From NCBI RefSeq assembly GCF_009914755.1, contig NC_060935.1: 64,000 bases of DNA. One strand, 5' to 3'. Of the stretch, positions 32,102-46,103 are shown one piece after another. Numbering within the stretch: the first letter of the stretch is position 1; each line of letters starts with the position of its first letter. The notes under the pieces were generated by a model. It was not told the DNA's origin. It did no database searches and saw only the letters and a program-made list of their open reading frames with translations. Source of the stretch: the human T2T-CHM13v2.0 reference genome, Homo sapiens. A program made the position numbers and the translations under genes.

Positions 32102-33658
32102 CTGTTTCATTTTTATAGTAACCTGCTGAGAAAGTTGGGCTCAGAGAGGTTAAGGAATACGTCTGAGACCACAAGACAAGCAAGTGGCTGCATCTTTCAG
32201 ACTGGAGCCCAAACTTAATCGTGATCCTTTTATGGTTTAGGATGAGGTTTTCCAGCCATCTCTCCTCTGATCTGCACAAACCAAGGAGACAGATATTACT
32301 GTTATCCTCTGCCTTTTATAGCTCAGAATATTAAAGTTCAACTCAACATTTTGAAATTACTAGAATAAAAAAGTAATTCTAGCCTAGTACTGAAACCAGC
32401 ATTTTGAAGACTGTATCAGTCTGGGTCCTTTCAGGAGGGATAAACTTCACAGTGGCACCTGCCAGGGGAGCTGGCGGGCTCACCTGCCACCTGCCCCACC
32501 GAGATGGGTGAGGGTGTGGAGCGAGCATTGCTGCTTGTTTCCTGTGGCCCTGGGTTAGGCCAGGAATCCACGTGCTGCCACATGAGCAGCGGGCCGAGCA
32601 CTGTGGCTTTCTCCTCGCGCTGGCGACTTCCGCTGCCCCTCACGGTGCTTATGCAACAGGGGTGGTGTGCCCAGGGGAGTGCTCTGTGACATCTCTGGGA
32701 GGCCCAGAGGTGATCCTGCATCACCCTCACTGACCAGTGGGCTCAGCTTCTAAAGGTGGGCCTAAGTTTCCCAGCACCCGGGAGCTCTAGAGCAGCTCTT
32801 CGTCTGGGGTCCCGCGGGAGCAGAGGCTGGTCGGCTCCTCTCGGAGAGAGCCTGTCTCCGTCTCCGCCCCTGTTTCCATCCCCGTCTCCATCCCCGTCCC
32901 CATCCCTGTCCCACAAAACTCAGCCCAGTCGGGCCGCTGGTCCTCTCCCCTGTCAGTTATTTTTTCCTTTGAGAGGTGCTTTGAGTAACAGGGAAGTCTC
33001 CGGAGGGAGGAGGAGGTCAAGCAGTATTTTTGGCTGTGGTTGTCCAAGGCGGCTTCCAGCGGGTGATGGAATCTGGGCTGGGTAGGAGACACGGTGCTGG
33101 GGCTTCCCAGTGGAGGATCTCTGCTGCGCAGCCCGTGCTCAGCTGTGTGTGCCTTCCTGCACAAACAGGGCACGGAGAACGTGTCTGCTGGGACCCCTTG
33201 GGCACAGCAAGCAGATAAGTGGGTCGGGGCCGGGGGAGGGAGGAACCAGGTCGGGTCTGCTTTTATTTATATCATCTGGTCTTTTAAATTATGTTAATTT
33301 GCCGCTGACAAGGAGGGGGGTTTCTCATGAGCTCCTCAGAGTGCAGCATGCAGCTGACTGGCCGACTGGTGATGCACCGTTCCCCAGGAAATGTGGCCGG
33401 TCTGTATTCTACACAGTTGAGGTCGTCCGTGGAGGTGTGAGCGCCCCAGCCCTTCACAAGAAGGGGGCCAGAGCGGCTGTCGCAGCTGGGCTGTCTTCCC
33501 AGCCTGCGTTCCTTCACGCTGTGGCAGCAGAGTCTCTGTGAGACTCGGCCTGCACAAGGCCACCTTTCTCGCTCGCCTCCACAGCCTGCTGGAGGCTGGC
33601 TCTGAGGGACACTCCCTCACCTCTCAGGTGGGATAGAAACTCCTGGCAATGTAGAACA

Positions 33659-33662
<4 letters not shown>

Positions 33663-33689
<27 letters not shown>

Positions 33690-33967
33690 GAGATGGAGTT
33701 TTGCTCTTGTTGCCCAGGCTGGAGTGCAATGGTGTGGTCTTGGCTCACCGCAACCTCCGCCTCCCAGGTTCAAGCAATTCTCTGCCTCAGCCTCCCGAGT
33801 AGCTGGGATTACAGGCATGCACCACCACGCCTGGCTAATTTTGTATTTTTACTAGAGATGGTGTTTCTCCATGTTGAGGCTGGTCTCGAACTCCTGACCT
33901 CAGGTGATCCACCTGCCTCGGCCTCCCAAAGTTCTGGGATTACAGGCGTGAGCCACCGTGCCGGGCC
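33663..33967 (-). mobile_element. Alu
   Basis: long poly-T plus reverse dimer. Confidence 0.9.
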
Positions 33968-34610
33968 CAGAATGGCCCTTTTTTTAAGGGTTGGTTTTAT
34001 ATTTTGGAATTTTATATTCTGCCAATTACATGTTTTGAACCTGCCCTGCCATGATCCCTTGTGAGGGGCTCAGACAAACTGCGATGAGGCAGAGAAACAG
34101 AAGCCCTAGGGGCCGTCGCGTGTGGGCCTTGTTTTCATGACCAGCTGATTTGCCCTAGAATGGCTATGAAGTGGCAGATAATTTAGACTGTGTTCATATG
34201 CCTAAATTAAACTGATTTCAAAGACAAGCTTGATGGTTGAAGGCAGGGTTTGCAAGTTCCATCACAGCAGGGCCCTCTGTGGGATTTTGGCTGGTCGGAG
34301 TGAGGCCCTGTGAGGGCCAGCTGGGCTGCACCTGCCCAGGGTTGTCGTGGGAGGGTAGAACTCTTGTTGCCAGATGTTCTGGTGCCTGTTTTTAAAAGGG
34401 AAATAAAAAACTTGGACTCTCATGAGTACCATGAGTTTAGAAAGGTTATTCATGCTCAGCAGCGTCTGCACTGCACCTGCCTGGGCCCGGCCACCCCTCT
34501 CCTGGAGGCTTGTCCGTGCTGCCTGCTGTACTGCTGCACTGCCCTCTGCTCTCCCCTCTCCCCTGCCTCTGCCCGCCTGGAATAAAACCTCTTCCCCACC
34601 TTTTCTGTAG

Positions 34611-34753
34611 GTGACAAGGCTCTTGATGGCTATAGTAAAAAAAAGTACGTCTGCAAGTTGCTCTTCATCTTTCTCCTTGGTCATGACATTGACTTTGGAC
34701 ACATGGAGGCTGTGAACCTGCTGAGTTCAAACAGATACACGGAAAAGCAGATC
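34611..34753 (+). CDS. AP2A2: AP2A2 exon 3 ([16 protein letters not shown]...SNRYTEKQI), includes the basic PI(4,5)P2-binding patch
   Basis: ttttctgtag| and ATC|gtgagt; 143 nt; SNRYTEKQ is the alpha-2 form (alpha-1 has SNKY). Confidence 0.97.
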
Positions 34754-36503
34754 GTGAGTATCGCTGCAGGTGGAGACGGCAGAGGATGGCGTGGGCCTGG
34801 CAGGACTGAGGCCCGGTGCCCGTGTAGGGCCGCTGCTTCCTTCTCTGCCCACAGCTGACGTGAGCCACGTGGGTCTGCTGCAGATGGAGACGCGTGCCCA
34901 GTCCTTGTTAGCACCTGCTGCCAACACCCTGCGGGCCCCCTTCCCGCCCAAGCTGGGTGTTCTTCAGGAAGCCCTGATGCCCTCACAGGGTTCCTCCTCC
35001 TGCATGCGGTTTTCCTGATGAGGTGGCCATGCCTTTTCCTCCTTTCTTTGCAACCTCCCTTACGGCGAGTTTCAGGACTGCCCGGTTGGTCTGGAGAGTG
35101 CCGCACGCGGCCCAGCGTTTGATGTGGTTGGTGCTCTGTGCCCATGAGGTCGGCCTCCAGAGGAGGGGAGGATGTCTCCCTGACACAGTGCCTTGTTGAC
35201 GCACTGTCCCAAGTAGACCCGTCCCGTGGTCCCTTGGACAGCTTTGTTTCTGCAGTAGGCGCTGGAGGCACATGGCTGGGTCTTGGTGCGGAGGGTGCTC
35301 ACCCCACCATCTCCCCAGCCCTTGCCGGGCTGGTGCACAGTGTCCTGTCACTCTACTTTTGAAGTCTTCTTGGGCTCTGCACGTTGAGCTGTGTAGTCTC
35401 TTGCAGTCACATTATTTCTATGTTTTCCCTGGTGGTATAAAGTAATATTTTCTTCCATTTGTCAAAAAATTTAACTTAGAGAAATTAAGAGAGACTGTAG
35501 ATGTCTTGGGGTTTTGATAAGTATTGGTGTTTATTCAAGCATTTGTGGAGTGCCTGTGGTGTGTTGGGGGGATGGGGGATTAGCCTTGAGGACGGAGGCA
35601 CAGGGACTGGAACTTGGGCCTGCCCTTGTCCTGGGGGAGATGGGTGTCACATGGCTCCACAGACATAGAAGTTGAAAGGATTTGAGAGAGGGAGTGGAGG
35701 TGGGTGTGTTGAGCTGAGGCTGGAGGGAGGGGAAGTTAACTGGGGGCTGAGGGTGGGAGGAGCAGGGAGAGCAGAGCAGGTGGTGCCTGGCAGTGGCCTG
35801 GGCGTGCGAGCGCAGGGCTGAAAGGGCAGTGGTGTTTGGCAGGGCGGGAGCTCCCTCGTGGCGTCTTCCTGGGAGCCGTGGGAGGCTGGGTACATCTTTA
35901 ACCGGGGTGCTCAGTGATGGGCCTGGAGAAAACCACTGTTTCCCTCCAGGTGGGGAGGGTGTCACCTTCGAGGATGGCTGGGAAGAAGTGGCAGTGACAC
36001 AGGACTGGGGTTTGCCCTGGGTCAGTGGGGGTGGAGGGGGGCGGCATGAGGCTGTGACACAGGCAGATTAAAGAGTGGGAGGGAACAGGCAGCCGGGTTT
36101 CTGGAAATTGTTGTAGCTAAAATCAGCCTCTCAGTGAAGGTTCCTGCCCATCTTAACTTGAGGATAGTGTGATGTCCGGAACACTCAGACGCGTGGCCCA
36201 CAGTGAAGTGAGTGGGACCGGGGGGTCCAGTTCCTGTTGGCATCTGGCTCGTGGCACGCTAGTCAGGTGTGCCCCACAGGAACGCTGCGCCATGAGAGCA
36301 TCGTAGCAGAGGCATCCTCGGTTCCGCTGGAACAGACGTTTGCCGAATCCTGAGAGGCGCCGCTCCCACAGCAGTGCCCTGGGTGCGTGGGTGGTGCCTG
36401 GGCTGCTTCCGCATCTGTGTGTCACTGATTGTTGGGTGACTCAGGGCCACAGGTGGACTTGGATTGTCATGAGCTTTCTCTTCTCCTGTCTTTTGGAACG
36501 CAG

Positions 36504-36697
36504 GGCTACCTTTTCATCTCTGTGTTGGTGAACTCAAACAGTGAGCTGATCCGCCTGATCAACAACGCCATCAAGAATGACCTGGCCAGCCGCAACCCCA
36601 CCTTCATGGGCCTGGCCCTGCACTGCATCGCCAGCGTGGGCAGCCGGGAGATGGCCGAGGCCTTCGCCGGGGAGATCCCTAAGGTCCTCGTAGCCGG
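36504..36697 (+). CDS. AP2A2: AP2A2 exon 4 ([12 protein letters not shown]...PKVLVAG)
   Basis: cgcag| and GG|gtatgt; 194 nt; lies within ORF 36429..36782. Confidence 0.97.
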
Positions 36698-36793
36698 GTA
36701 TGTGCCGGGCTCGTGCCGGGCTCCTGCTGAAGATGTGCTGCTTTCATGCCAAATACATCAAATATGGAGCTGCTTAGCCTAGGAAATGTTTTA

Positions 36794-37150
<357 letters not shown>

Positions 37151-37659
37151 GAGAATTACAAGTTTAGATTTCAATTAAAGTGCAATCTAATACCACTGAG
37201 ATTCAAAACACAGATCAAAGAAGAACGCCCACACCCTGCCAGCAAAACCAAGAAGGGGCTTCAGCCCCGCAGGGCACTGGGTAGAACGATGCATCTCTGG
37301 GCAGCTCCTCCTCGTGCCCGTTCCCCAGGGCTTCACGCGGAGAAGCCGAGCACCGCGCCGGAGCGCCCTCGGCCATCCGTTCCGTCCCTTGTTAATTTGG
37401 AGAGAAGCCTCGAGGGGCTGAGTCACCAGCTCTGGAAGAGCTTAAAGCAACCCTGGGGTGTCTGTGCCACAGGCAGGGCCCCCACCTGTGTGTTCCAGGA
37501 TACCCTGCGGAGTTGGGAAACTGACCCCTCGCCCACACGGTGCCACCCGGCTGAGCTAGGCCTCAGGCCACGGGAGAGTGGGTGGACATCCACCCAGACC
37601 ACACAGTGAGGACTGGAGACAAGGTGGTGGGAAGGCATGAGAGAAACAGGCCTAGACCG

Positions 37660-37790
37660 GCGTCTCAACTGGGCCACATTGGCTTTGTGAGGGTACTGGG
37701 CCGTGTCTTGGGGCATTTTTGGTTGTCACAGTGGGTAGAGACCAGGGTGCTGCACCCCACACCACTCAGGATGCTCCACAACAGAGAATG
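37660..37790. mobile_element. MER20-like fragment, followed by a ~51-bp duplication (37776-37866)
   Basis: catttttggttgtcacagtgggtagagaccaggg...cacaacagagaat. Confidence 0.5.
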
Positions 37791-38587
37791 AGGCAGCCTT
37801 CTATCAGCTGTGAGGTGAGGACGTCCCACAATAGAGAATGAGGCAGCCTCCTGTCAGCTGTGAGGCAAGGAGGAGCCCGGCTGGCAGAGAGACCGCAGCA
37901 TAACCACGAGAAGACAGATATTCAGAAGCGCAAGAGCTCAGAGATGGGTGACCCCACAGTAGGATGGACAGGAGCAGAACCACCGAGCCGGGGGAGCAGG
38001 CGCAGTGCCTGAAGGCACTGTTGCTCCTCAGGCCATTCAGTCATAGGTGGCAGAGCATGTGGGCGCCCCGAAAACAGGGTGCCCAAGATGGAAGGAAGGC
38101 TCGAATGATCACAGGGCGCTGGTGCAGGAGAGGGAGGGTGGGGCTGGGGGTCGAAACCAGCCAGCAGGTCCAGTGGATTCTGCCTCAGGGCCACGGCCTC
38201 CTGGCCCTCCCTCTCCTCCTGCCCCCAGGGTTGTTGCTTGCCTGTTTATTACCTGTTTCCACCCTTGGGGTGGAAGCTTCCTGGGCTCTGAGGTTTCTGT
38301 CCACTGTGGTGGCCGCTTTACAAACCTAGCATCTTGAACAGTACCAGGTCCCTAGTAGGTGCTTGGTGGATGTCTGCGCGTGAGCGGAATGCAAGACAGG
38401 GCCACCCCTGAGGCACGTGCAGATTGATGAAGTGGGGCACTACCTGAACCGAGGACCTGCTGCAGGAGCCAGGGACAGAGGAGGGAGGAGCCAGGGTGAG
38501 GAGGGGTCTCCAGGGGCCAGTGCAGTGCATCTGCGGCTGGAAGGGAGCAGGTGGCCAGTGCACAGCATCTGCAGCCAGAAGGGAGCA

Positions 38588-38710
38588 GGTGGCCCGTGTT
38601 CTGGTGCCTGAGTGGTCCCATGAAGGGAGTGGGTGGCCCGTGTTCTGGTGCCTGAGTGGTCCCATGAAGGGAGTGGGTGGCCCGTGTTCTGGTGCCTGAG
38701 TGGTCCCATG
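38588..38710. repeat. 44-bp tandem repeat, about 3 copies
   Basis: ggtggcccgtgttctggtgcctgagtggtcccatgaagggagtg. Confidence 0.9.
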
Positions 38711-38844
38711 GGGATGAAGGTCACAGGCAGGGTTCTCCTACCTCAGAGAGCTCAGGTAACATGGTACCCATGGGCCTTCCTTGAAGAAAAGGGCTAGTTG
38801 TTGAAATCCAGCTAAGTAGTAGATGACTCAAAGTAATATGCTAA

Positions 38845-39490
<646 letters not shown>

Positions 39491-39647
39491 TCACCTAGAA
39501 ATGGAAGGACAGAGTAGGTGCTGAGGAGGTCAGGTCATTCCTAGGGCCAGAGGTAGGGACGGGAGGCAGCGGCCAAGGCAGAAGAGTGGGGTGGTGTCTC
39601 TGCTGGGATGGACGGAGTTGGTGGAAAGAGAACCCGTGGAGGTGCAG

Positions 39648-40340
39648 AGTAGCCGTGGGGTCCTCGGTCTCCCTCGTGTGAGCCGACATTAGCGAGTAGC
39701 TGTAGGGTCCTCGGTATCCCTCGTGTGAGCCGACATCGGAGAGTAGCAGTGGGGTCCTCGGTCTCCCTCGTGTGAGCTGACGTCGGAGAGTAGTGGTGGG
39801 GTCCTCGGTCTCCCTCTTACGAGCCGACATTAGTGAGTAGCAGTGGGGTCCTCGGTCTCCCTTGTGTGAGCCGACGTCGGAGAGTAGCGGTGGGGTCCTC
39901 GGTCTCCCTCGTGTGAGCCGACATCGGAGAGTAGTGGTGGGGTCCTCGGTCTCCCTCTTACGAGCCGACATTAGTGAGTAGCAGTGGGGTCCTCGGTCTC
40001 CCTCGTGTGAGCCGACGTCGGAGAGTAGCGGTGGGGTCCTCGGTCTCCCTCGTGTGAGCCGACGTCGGAGAGTAGTGGTGGGGTCCTCGGTCTCCCTCGT
40101 GTGAGCCGACCTCGGAGAGTAGCGGTGGGGTCCTCGGTCTCCCTCGTGTGAGCCGACGTCGGCGAGTAGCTGTGGGATCCTTGGTCTCCCTCGTGTGAGC
40201 CGACGTCGGAGAGTGGCGGTGGGGTCCTCTGTCTCCCTTGTGTGAGCAGATGCTGGAAAGTAATGGTGGGGTCCTCGGTCTCCCTCGTGTGAGCTGACAC
40301 CGGAGAGTAGTGGTGGGGCCCCCGTCCCCTTGGTGTGAGC
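39648..40340. repeat. VNTR, 47-bp unit, about 14.5 copies, CpG-rich
   Basis: gtggggtcctcggtctccctcgtgtgagccgacgtcggagagtagcg. Confidence 0.95.
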
Positions 40341-41536
40341 TGATGATTTAGACTGTGTTCTTCTGCCTAAAAGAGGAGGCGGATCCTCCTCCTCTCTGAG
40401 GAGTGTGGCATGCTGGGCGCCCTCGTGTGTCGGCATTTGTAGCCACAAGCATGGAACCTGGTTGGCTCTTCTATGTTGAAGGACTGCTGGGGGCCCAGTC
40501 ATGGGGTCCTGAAGCCGCCTGGCAAGGACAGCCCTGCTGGCGCCTGGAACACACCCCTGACGTGGCCTCGACCACACATCCACATGGACGCATGGCAGGG
40601 TGTGTGTGCGGTTGCTGCTCTGGGCTGATCTGGTGAGGATGGGGTGGGCCGGAAGAGGGACACAATACCTACTCCTCCTTGCAGGGGCGTTGGCACCCAG
40701 AAGGGGAATTTTTTATTCAAAGTAATTTTTTGGAATAGTATAGGGGGAGATTTAGGAATAAAAAAGCCAAAAGGTAAATGGTACAGGTAGTCCCTATACC
40801 CTTTTCTGCCTTCCATGTGGGGCAGCAGATTCCAGCTGATTCTGTTAAGCGCTTGGAGAAGAGACTGGCCCTTTTTCAGCTGTGCCTCCACAGCGTCCAC
40901 CCCAGGGTCCCTGTTGCCTTCCCAGCTGCTTAGCAGAATCTGGTGGCAGGAGGGCGAAGGGGGATAAGCGGAGCATGGAACACGTCTGTGCCCTGGACAA
41001 GCATGTTGGCAGCAGAGCAGGAGAGCCATGGCCGGCTCCCTTCCCACCGTGTCTGTAGGGACCCGAAGCCCTTTGCTCCAGGGGCAAGGGCATGTGTGGC
41101 CCAGCCCACTGTTCAGGGTGGGGCGTGGTGGGGTGAGGGTGGGCGTGGGGCAGGGGAAGATCATCAAGCAGATGTGGAGCTCCATGGCGGTGCAGGGCCC
41201 TCCAAGCATTTCTGTTGTGATTGTGGATTATTAAGTTGTAACAACAACAACAAGAAAGCTATTGTTCAAACAACAAATGAGCAATGTGAGCTGCATGTGG
41301 TCGGCTGGTGGTTTTGGTGGTGAGAAGGTTGGCAGGGAGACCTTTGGAGCAGGGCCCATGTATGCTGAGAACACTGCTGCTGCCCCCTAGGCGGCCTCGG
41401 CAGGCGGCCCTGAGTGCTGTCTTGGCCCCTGCGCCAGCCCCACCCCCGCGTCTCCTGCTGGCTCTGGGGGGGTGCTCCGTGCAGCTCTGCGCTGTCTTCA
41501 GCCTGTTGCGAGTGACTCTTGACGTCTGTCTTTCAG

Positions 41537-41666
41537 AGACACTATGGACAGCGTGAAGCAGAGCGCGGCCCTGTGCTTGCTGCGCCTGTACAGGACGTCC
41601 CCCGATCTTGTCCCCATGGGCGACTGGACATCCCGAGTGGTGCACCTGCTCAATGACCAGCACTTG
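41537..41666 (+). CDS. AP2A2: AP2A2 exon 5 ([16 protein letters not shown]...LNDQHL)
   Basis: tctttcag| and TTG|gtaagc; 130 nt; frame continuous with exons 4 and 6. Confidence 0.97.
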
Positions 41667-43937
41667 GTAAGCACCCTTGGCTTTGGTTCTCCCCGCTCCC
41701 CCAGGTGACCTTTGGGATGGCCGTTGTGAAGACACCATGGTGCGCCTTCTCGGGATGCCCAGGAGAGGCTGTCACAGGGGCTGCTGTGGCTGCGTGCTGA
41801 GGCCACGGGGGCCCTTCCTGGGGCTGGATGAGTAAGACTCCGCCTCTGCTCATCCTGTGGCCAGGCATTGGCTGAAGCCCTCGGGTAGCACAGAGGCTCT
41901 GCAGACACCCCCAGCTGAGACACGTGTCTCCTGGAAACACCTATCTAGTATGCGGAGCTCCTGCCTGGTGTCCCGGCTGCCTGTGCCCTCATCTAGGCTC
42001 TAACGTGCAGTCTTACTAATCCTCGTGCCTACTCCACGGGCCAGGCCCCCATGGTATAGGCATACACCAAGGGTGGAGGTTTCCAGCGATTTGGTGATGT
42101 GTGTTCAGGTGCTGTGAGAGGCACGTGTGGGGGAGGGGCTGTGCTAGTGTGTGAGCCTCAGGGGCTTGAGGGTCACAGAGCCGTCCACCGCATCCAGCAG
42201 GGGTGGATGTGGGCAGAATGTGCTTGTCCTGCCTGAACTCTGCTCTATGAATGAGAGGGTGAGAGTTGGCAGGAGTGGAAGTATTTCCTGCTGCGTGGAG
42301 AGGCATGTGGGCCGGTCACGCGTTCACAAGGATCCAGGATAGAGGGCCGAGAATGCCACTTTCCCATGTTGCCGTGAGCCCCATCCTGGCGGGGGAGCCT
42401 TTCAGACGGTGCTGCTGGAGGCTGTCGTCCACCATCCCGTGGACCGTGGGAGGTCATGGGATTTTCCCGCTTTGCAGTCAAGGAGGCCGAAGCTGGGAAA
42501 GAGGAAATGCCCTCTGACAGCCCCAGGCCTGTACCCAGAGTTGGCGTGTTGGGGTCTTGGGCGTCAGAGAGTGTGCGGGTGAAGCAGCTATGTGGGAGCT
42601 GTGAGTCGGCAGGGCCTGGTCAGGGAGGCAGGCCCCGGGCTCCTGCTGCACATGGCAGCCGGTCACTGGGCTGCTGAGGGACCGGGGCTGCCTGCTTTCC
42701 CCTGGGCCTTCTGCAGACAGGATCTGTGCACGCTCTGTGGGACTGGCCGGGACTGCTGTCATTGCTCCTGCCTTGGCAGGAAGTTTCCATGGCCATGCAG
42801 CCGCAGGGTCACCCTGAGTGCTTTTCAGGGTGGCAGGGCCTTGCCTCAGATGGCCACAAGGGCACCTCTCCTTGGATACTTTATGATTCTGTGACGCCAG
42901 CTACTTGGTTTGCTTTTTGTATTTTTATGCATCTGGCTTTATTTCACCAGGCACTTGAGTCAGCATATTCTTGGTTATAGGCAACGGAAACTCATCCTGA
43001 AGGGACGCCACAGCCAACCCCAGGGTGGGCTCCCTGCTGCCCAGTACTTTCCCTCCTTAGCTCTCCCAGCTTGCGCACCTGCACCCCTGGCAGCTGTCTT
43101 TTGTGTGGCCATGGCTTTTGTCAAATGCCTTCCACCTCTGACAGCGAAGGCCTGAGGCTTGGCTTCTCTGGTCTCAAGTCAGGAGCCCCCAAGAAAGGTG
43201 TCATTTGCTCACCTAGAGTGAGTGAGCTCCCCCATGTGTCCTTCAGGGAGGTCTTGTGGAGTGGGACAGGAAGCGTGGGCGGGACCAGGTGGGTGAGGGT
43301 CAGAAGGTCGGCGGTCAGGCCTGCGCCCGGAGTTGGGTGGTGGGGAGGGAGGTGATTTGGCCTGAGTGCTGCATGGGCACCGTGCCGAGCCTTGGGTCTG
43401 TAGCCTGAGGGTGGCCTGATGGAGCAGACAGGTTGGAGTGGACAAGGACAGGAGACACCATGGGGAGAAGGGTTGGGGGGCTGGGCCAAGGGCTGGAGGC
43501 CACTGAGGAGACACGGAGGTCGCTTTGGCACCAGCTGCCACCACAGGGGTGGGGCCACGTGTCGCGGGCCTGAGTGTGCCCCTCGAGAGGCCTCTTACAG
43601 TCTCAGTGCAGGGGGAGGACGTCCTAAATGAGAGGCTGAGCTCCGCGCCTGTCAGCCTGTTGCAGGGGGCATTCTAGATGCGTGTTTCCTGGGGGAACAC
43701 ACCGTGAACATTCAGGAGCCCCGTGGGGAATGACTCTGCCCTCATGGAAGTTACAGACCTGCAGTTTCTTACAAGTTCTTTATTGGACATGGCAAAATCC
43801 GTTAGCACTTTGCTCACCGAGAAATACAGGAAGAAGACCAATCAGACCAATTTCTTTCTTACAGCTTTCACATTTTCCTTGGAAAGCTGAGGGCACAGGC
43901 ACAGCAGGTCTCTGGGGAGAGTGCCGTGCTATAGTAG

Positions 43938-44305
<368 letters not shown>

Positions 44306-44456
44306 GCAAGTAGACACTTCCTGAGCTCACTGTTTACATCTTCAGAGTGAATAGGTATCATTTATTTTATATTTTTTAAAAAAATTTATGGGAGAATGTC
44401 TTTATATAATTAAAGTCTTTTTTCAAGAGGTCTGAGTGACTGATTCCCTAGTGGCT

Positions 44457-46103
44457 GTCCTGGAGCGGTGACAGGCTGCCCGGTGCCGTGTCCTGGAGCG
44501 GTGACAGGCTGCCCGGTGCCGTGTCCTGGAGCGGTGACAGGCTGCCCGGTGCCGTGTCCTGGAGCGGTGACAGGCTGCCCGGTGCCGTGTCCTGGAGCGG
44601 TGACAGGCTGCCCGGTGCCGTGTCCTGGAGCGGTGACAGGCTGCCCGGTGCCGTGTCCTGGAGCGGTGACAGGGTGCCCGGTGCCGTGTCCTGGAGCGGT
44701 GACAGGCTGCCCGGTGCCGTGTCCTGGAGCGGTGACAGGCTGCCCGGTGCCGTGTCCTGGAGCGGTGACAGGGTGCCCGGTGCCGTGTCCTGGAGCGGTG
44801 ACAGGCTGCCCGGTGCCGTGTCCTGGAGCGGTGACAGGGTGCCCGGTGCCGTGTCCTGGAGCGGTGACAGGGTGCCCGGTGCCGTGTCCTGGAGCGGTGA
44901 CAGGGTGCCCGGTGCCGTGTCCTGGAGCGGTGACAGGCTGCCCGGTGCCGTGTCCTGGAGCGGTGACAGGCTGCCCGGTGCCGTGTCCTGGAGCGGTGAC
45001 AGGGTGCCCGGTGCCGTGTCCTGGAGCGGTGACAGGGTGCCCGGTGCCGTGTCCTGGAGCGGTGACAGGCTGCCCGGTGCCGTGTCCTGGAGCGGTGACA
45101 GGCTGCCCGGTGCCGTGTCCTGGAGCGGTGACAGGGTGCCCGGTGCCGTGTCCTGGAGCGGTGACAGGGTGCCCGGTGCCGTGTCCTGGAGCGGTGACAG
45201 GCTGCCCGGTGCCGTGTCCTGGAGCGGTGACAGGCTGCCCGGTGCCGTGTCCTGGAGCGGTGACAGGGTGCCCGGTGCCGTGTCCTGGAGCGGTGACAGG
45301 GTGCCCGGTGCCGTGTCCTGGAGCGGTGACAGGCTGCCCGGTGCCGTGTCCTGGAGCGGTGACAGGCTGCCCGGTGCCGTGTCCTGGAGCGGTGACAGGG
45401 TGCCCGGTGCCGTGTCCTGGAGCGGTGACAGGCTGCCCGGTGCCGTGTCCTGGAGCGGTGACAGGGTGCCCGGTGCCGTGTCCTGGAGCGGTGACAGGCT
45501 GCCCGGTGCCGTGTCCTGGAGCGGTGACAGGGTGCCCGGTGCCGTGTCCTGGAGCGGTGACAGGCTGCCCGGTGCCGTGTCCTGGAGCGGTGACAGGCTG
45601 CCCGGTGCCGTGTCCTGGAGCGGTGACAGGGTGCCCGGTGCCGTGTCCTGGAGCGGTGACAGGCTGCCCGGTGCCGTGTCCTGGAGCGGTGACAGGCTGC
45701 CCGGTGCCGTGTCCTGGAGCGGTGACAGGCTGCCCGGTGCCGTGTCCTGGAGCGGTGACAGGCTGCCCGGTGCCGTGTCCTGGAGCGGTGACAGGCTGCC
45801 CGGTGCCGTGTCCTGGAGCGGTGACAGGGTGCCCGGTGCCGTGTCCTGGAGCGGTGACAGGCTGCCCGGTGCCGTGTCCTGGAGCGGTGACAGGCTGCCC
45901 GGTGCCGTGTCCTGGAGCGGTGACAGGGTGCCCGGTGCCGTGTCCTGGAGCGGTGACAGGCTGCCCGGTGCCGTGTCCTGGAGCGGTGACAGGGTGCCCG
46001 GTGCCGTGTCCTGGAGCGGTGACAGGGTGCCCGGTGCCGTGTCCTGGAGCGGTGACAGGCTGCCCGGTGCCGTGTCCTGGAGCGGTGACAGGCTGCCCGG
46101 TGC
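44457..46103. repeat. VNTR, 33-bp unit, 50 copies, two unit variants
   Basis: gtcctggagcggtgacaggStgcccggtgccgt. Confidence 0.99.

Noticed and set aside
39495-40583. 362-aa minus-strand ORF
   Set aside because: Mostly the 47-bp VNTR; no recognisable domain
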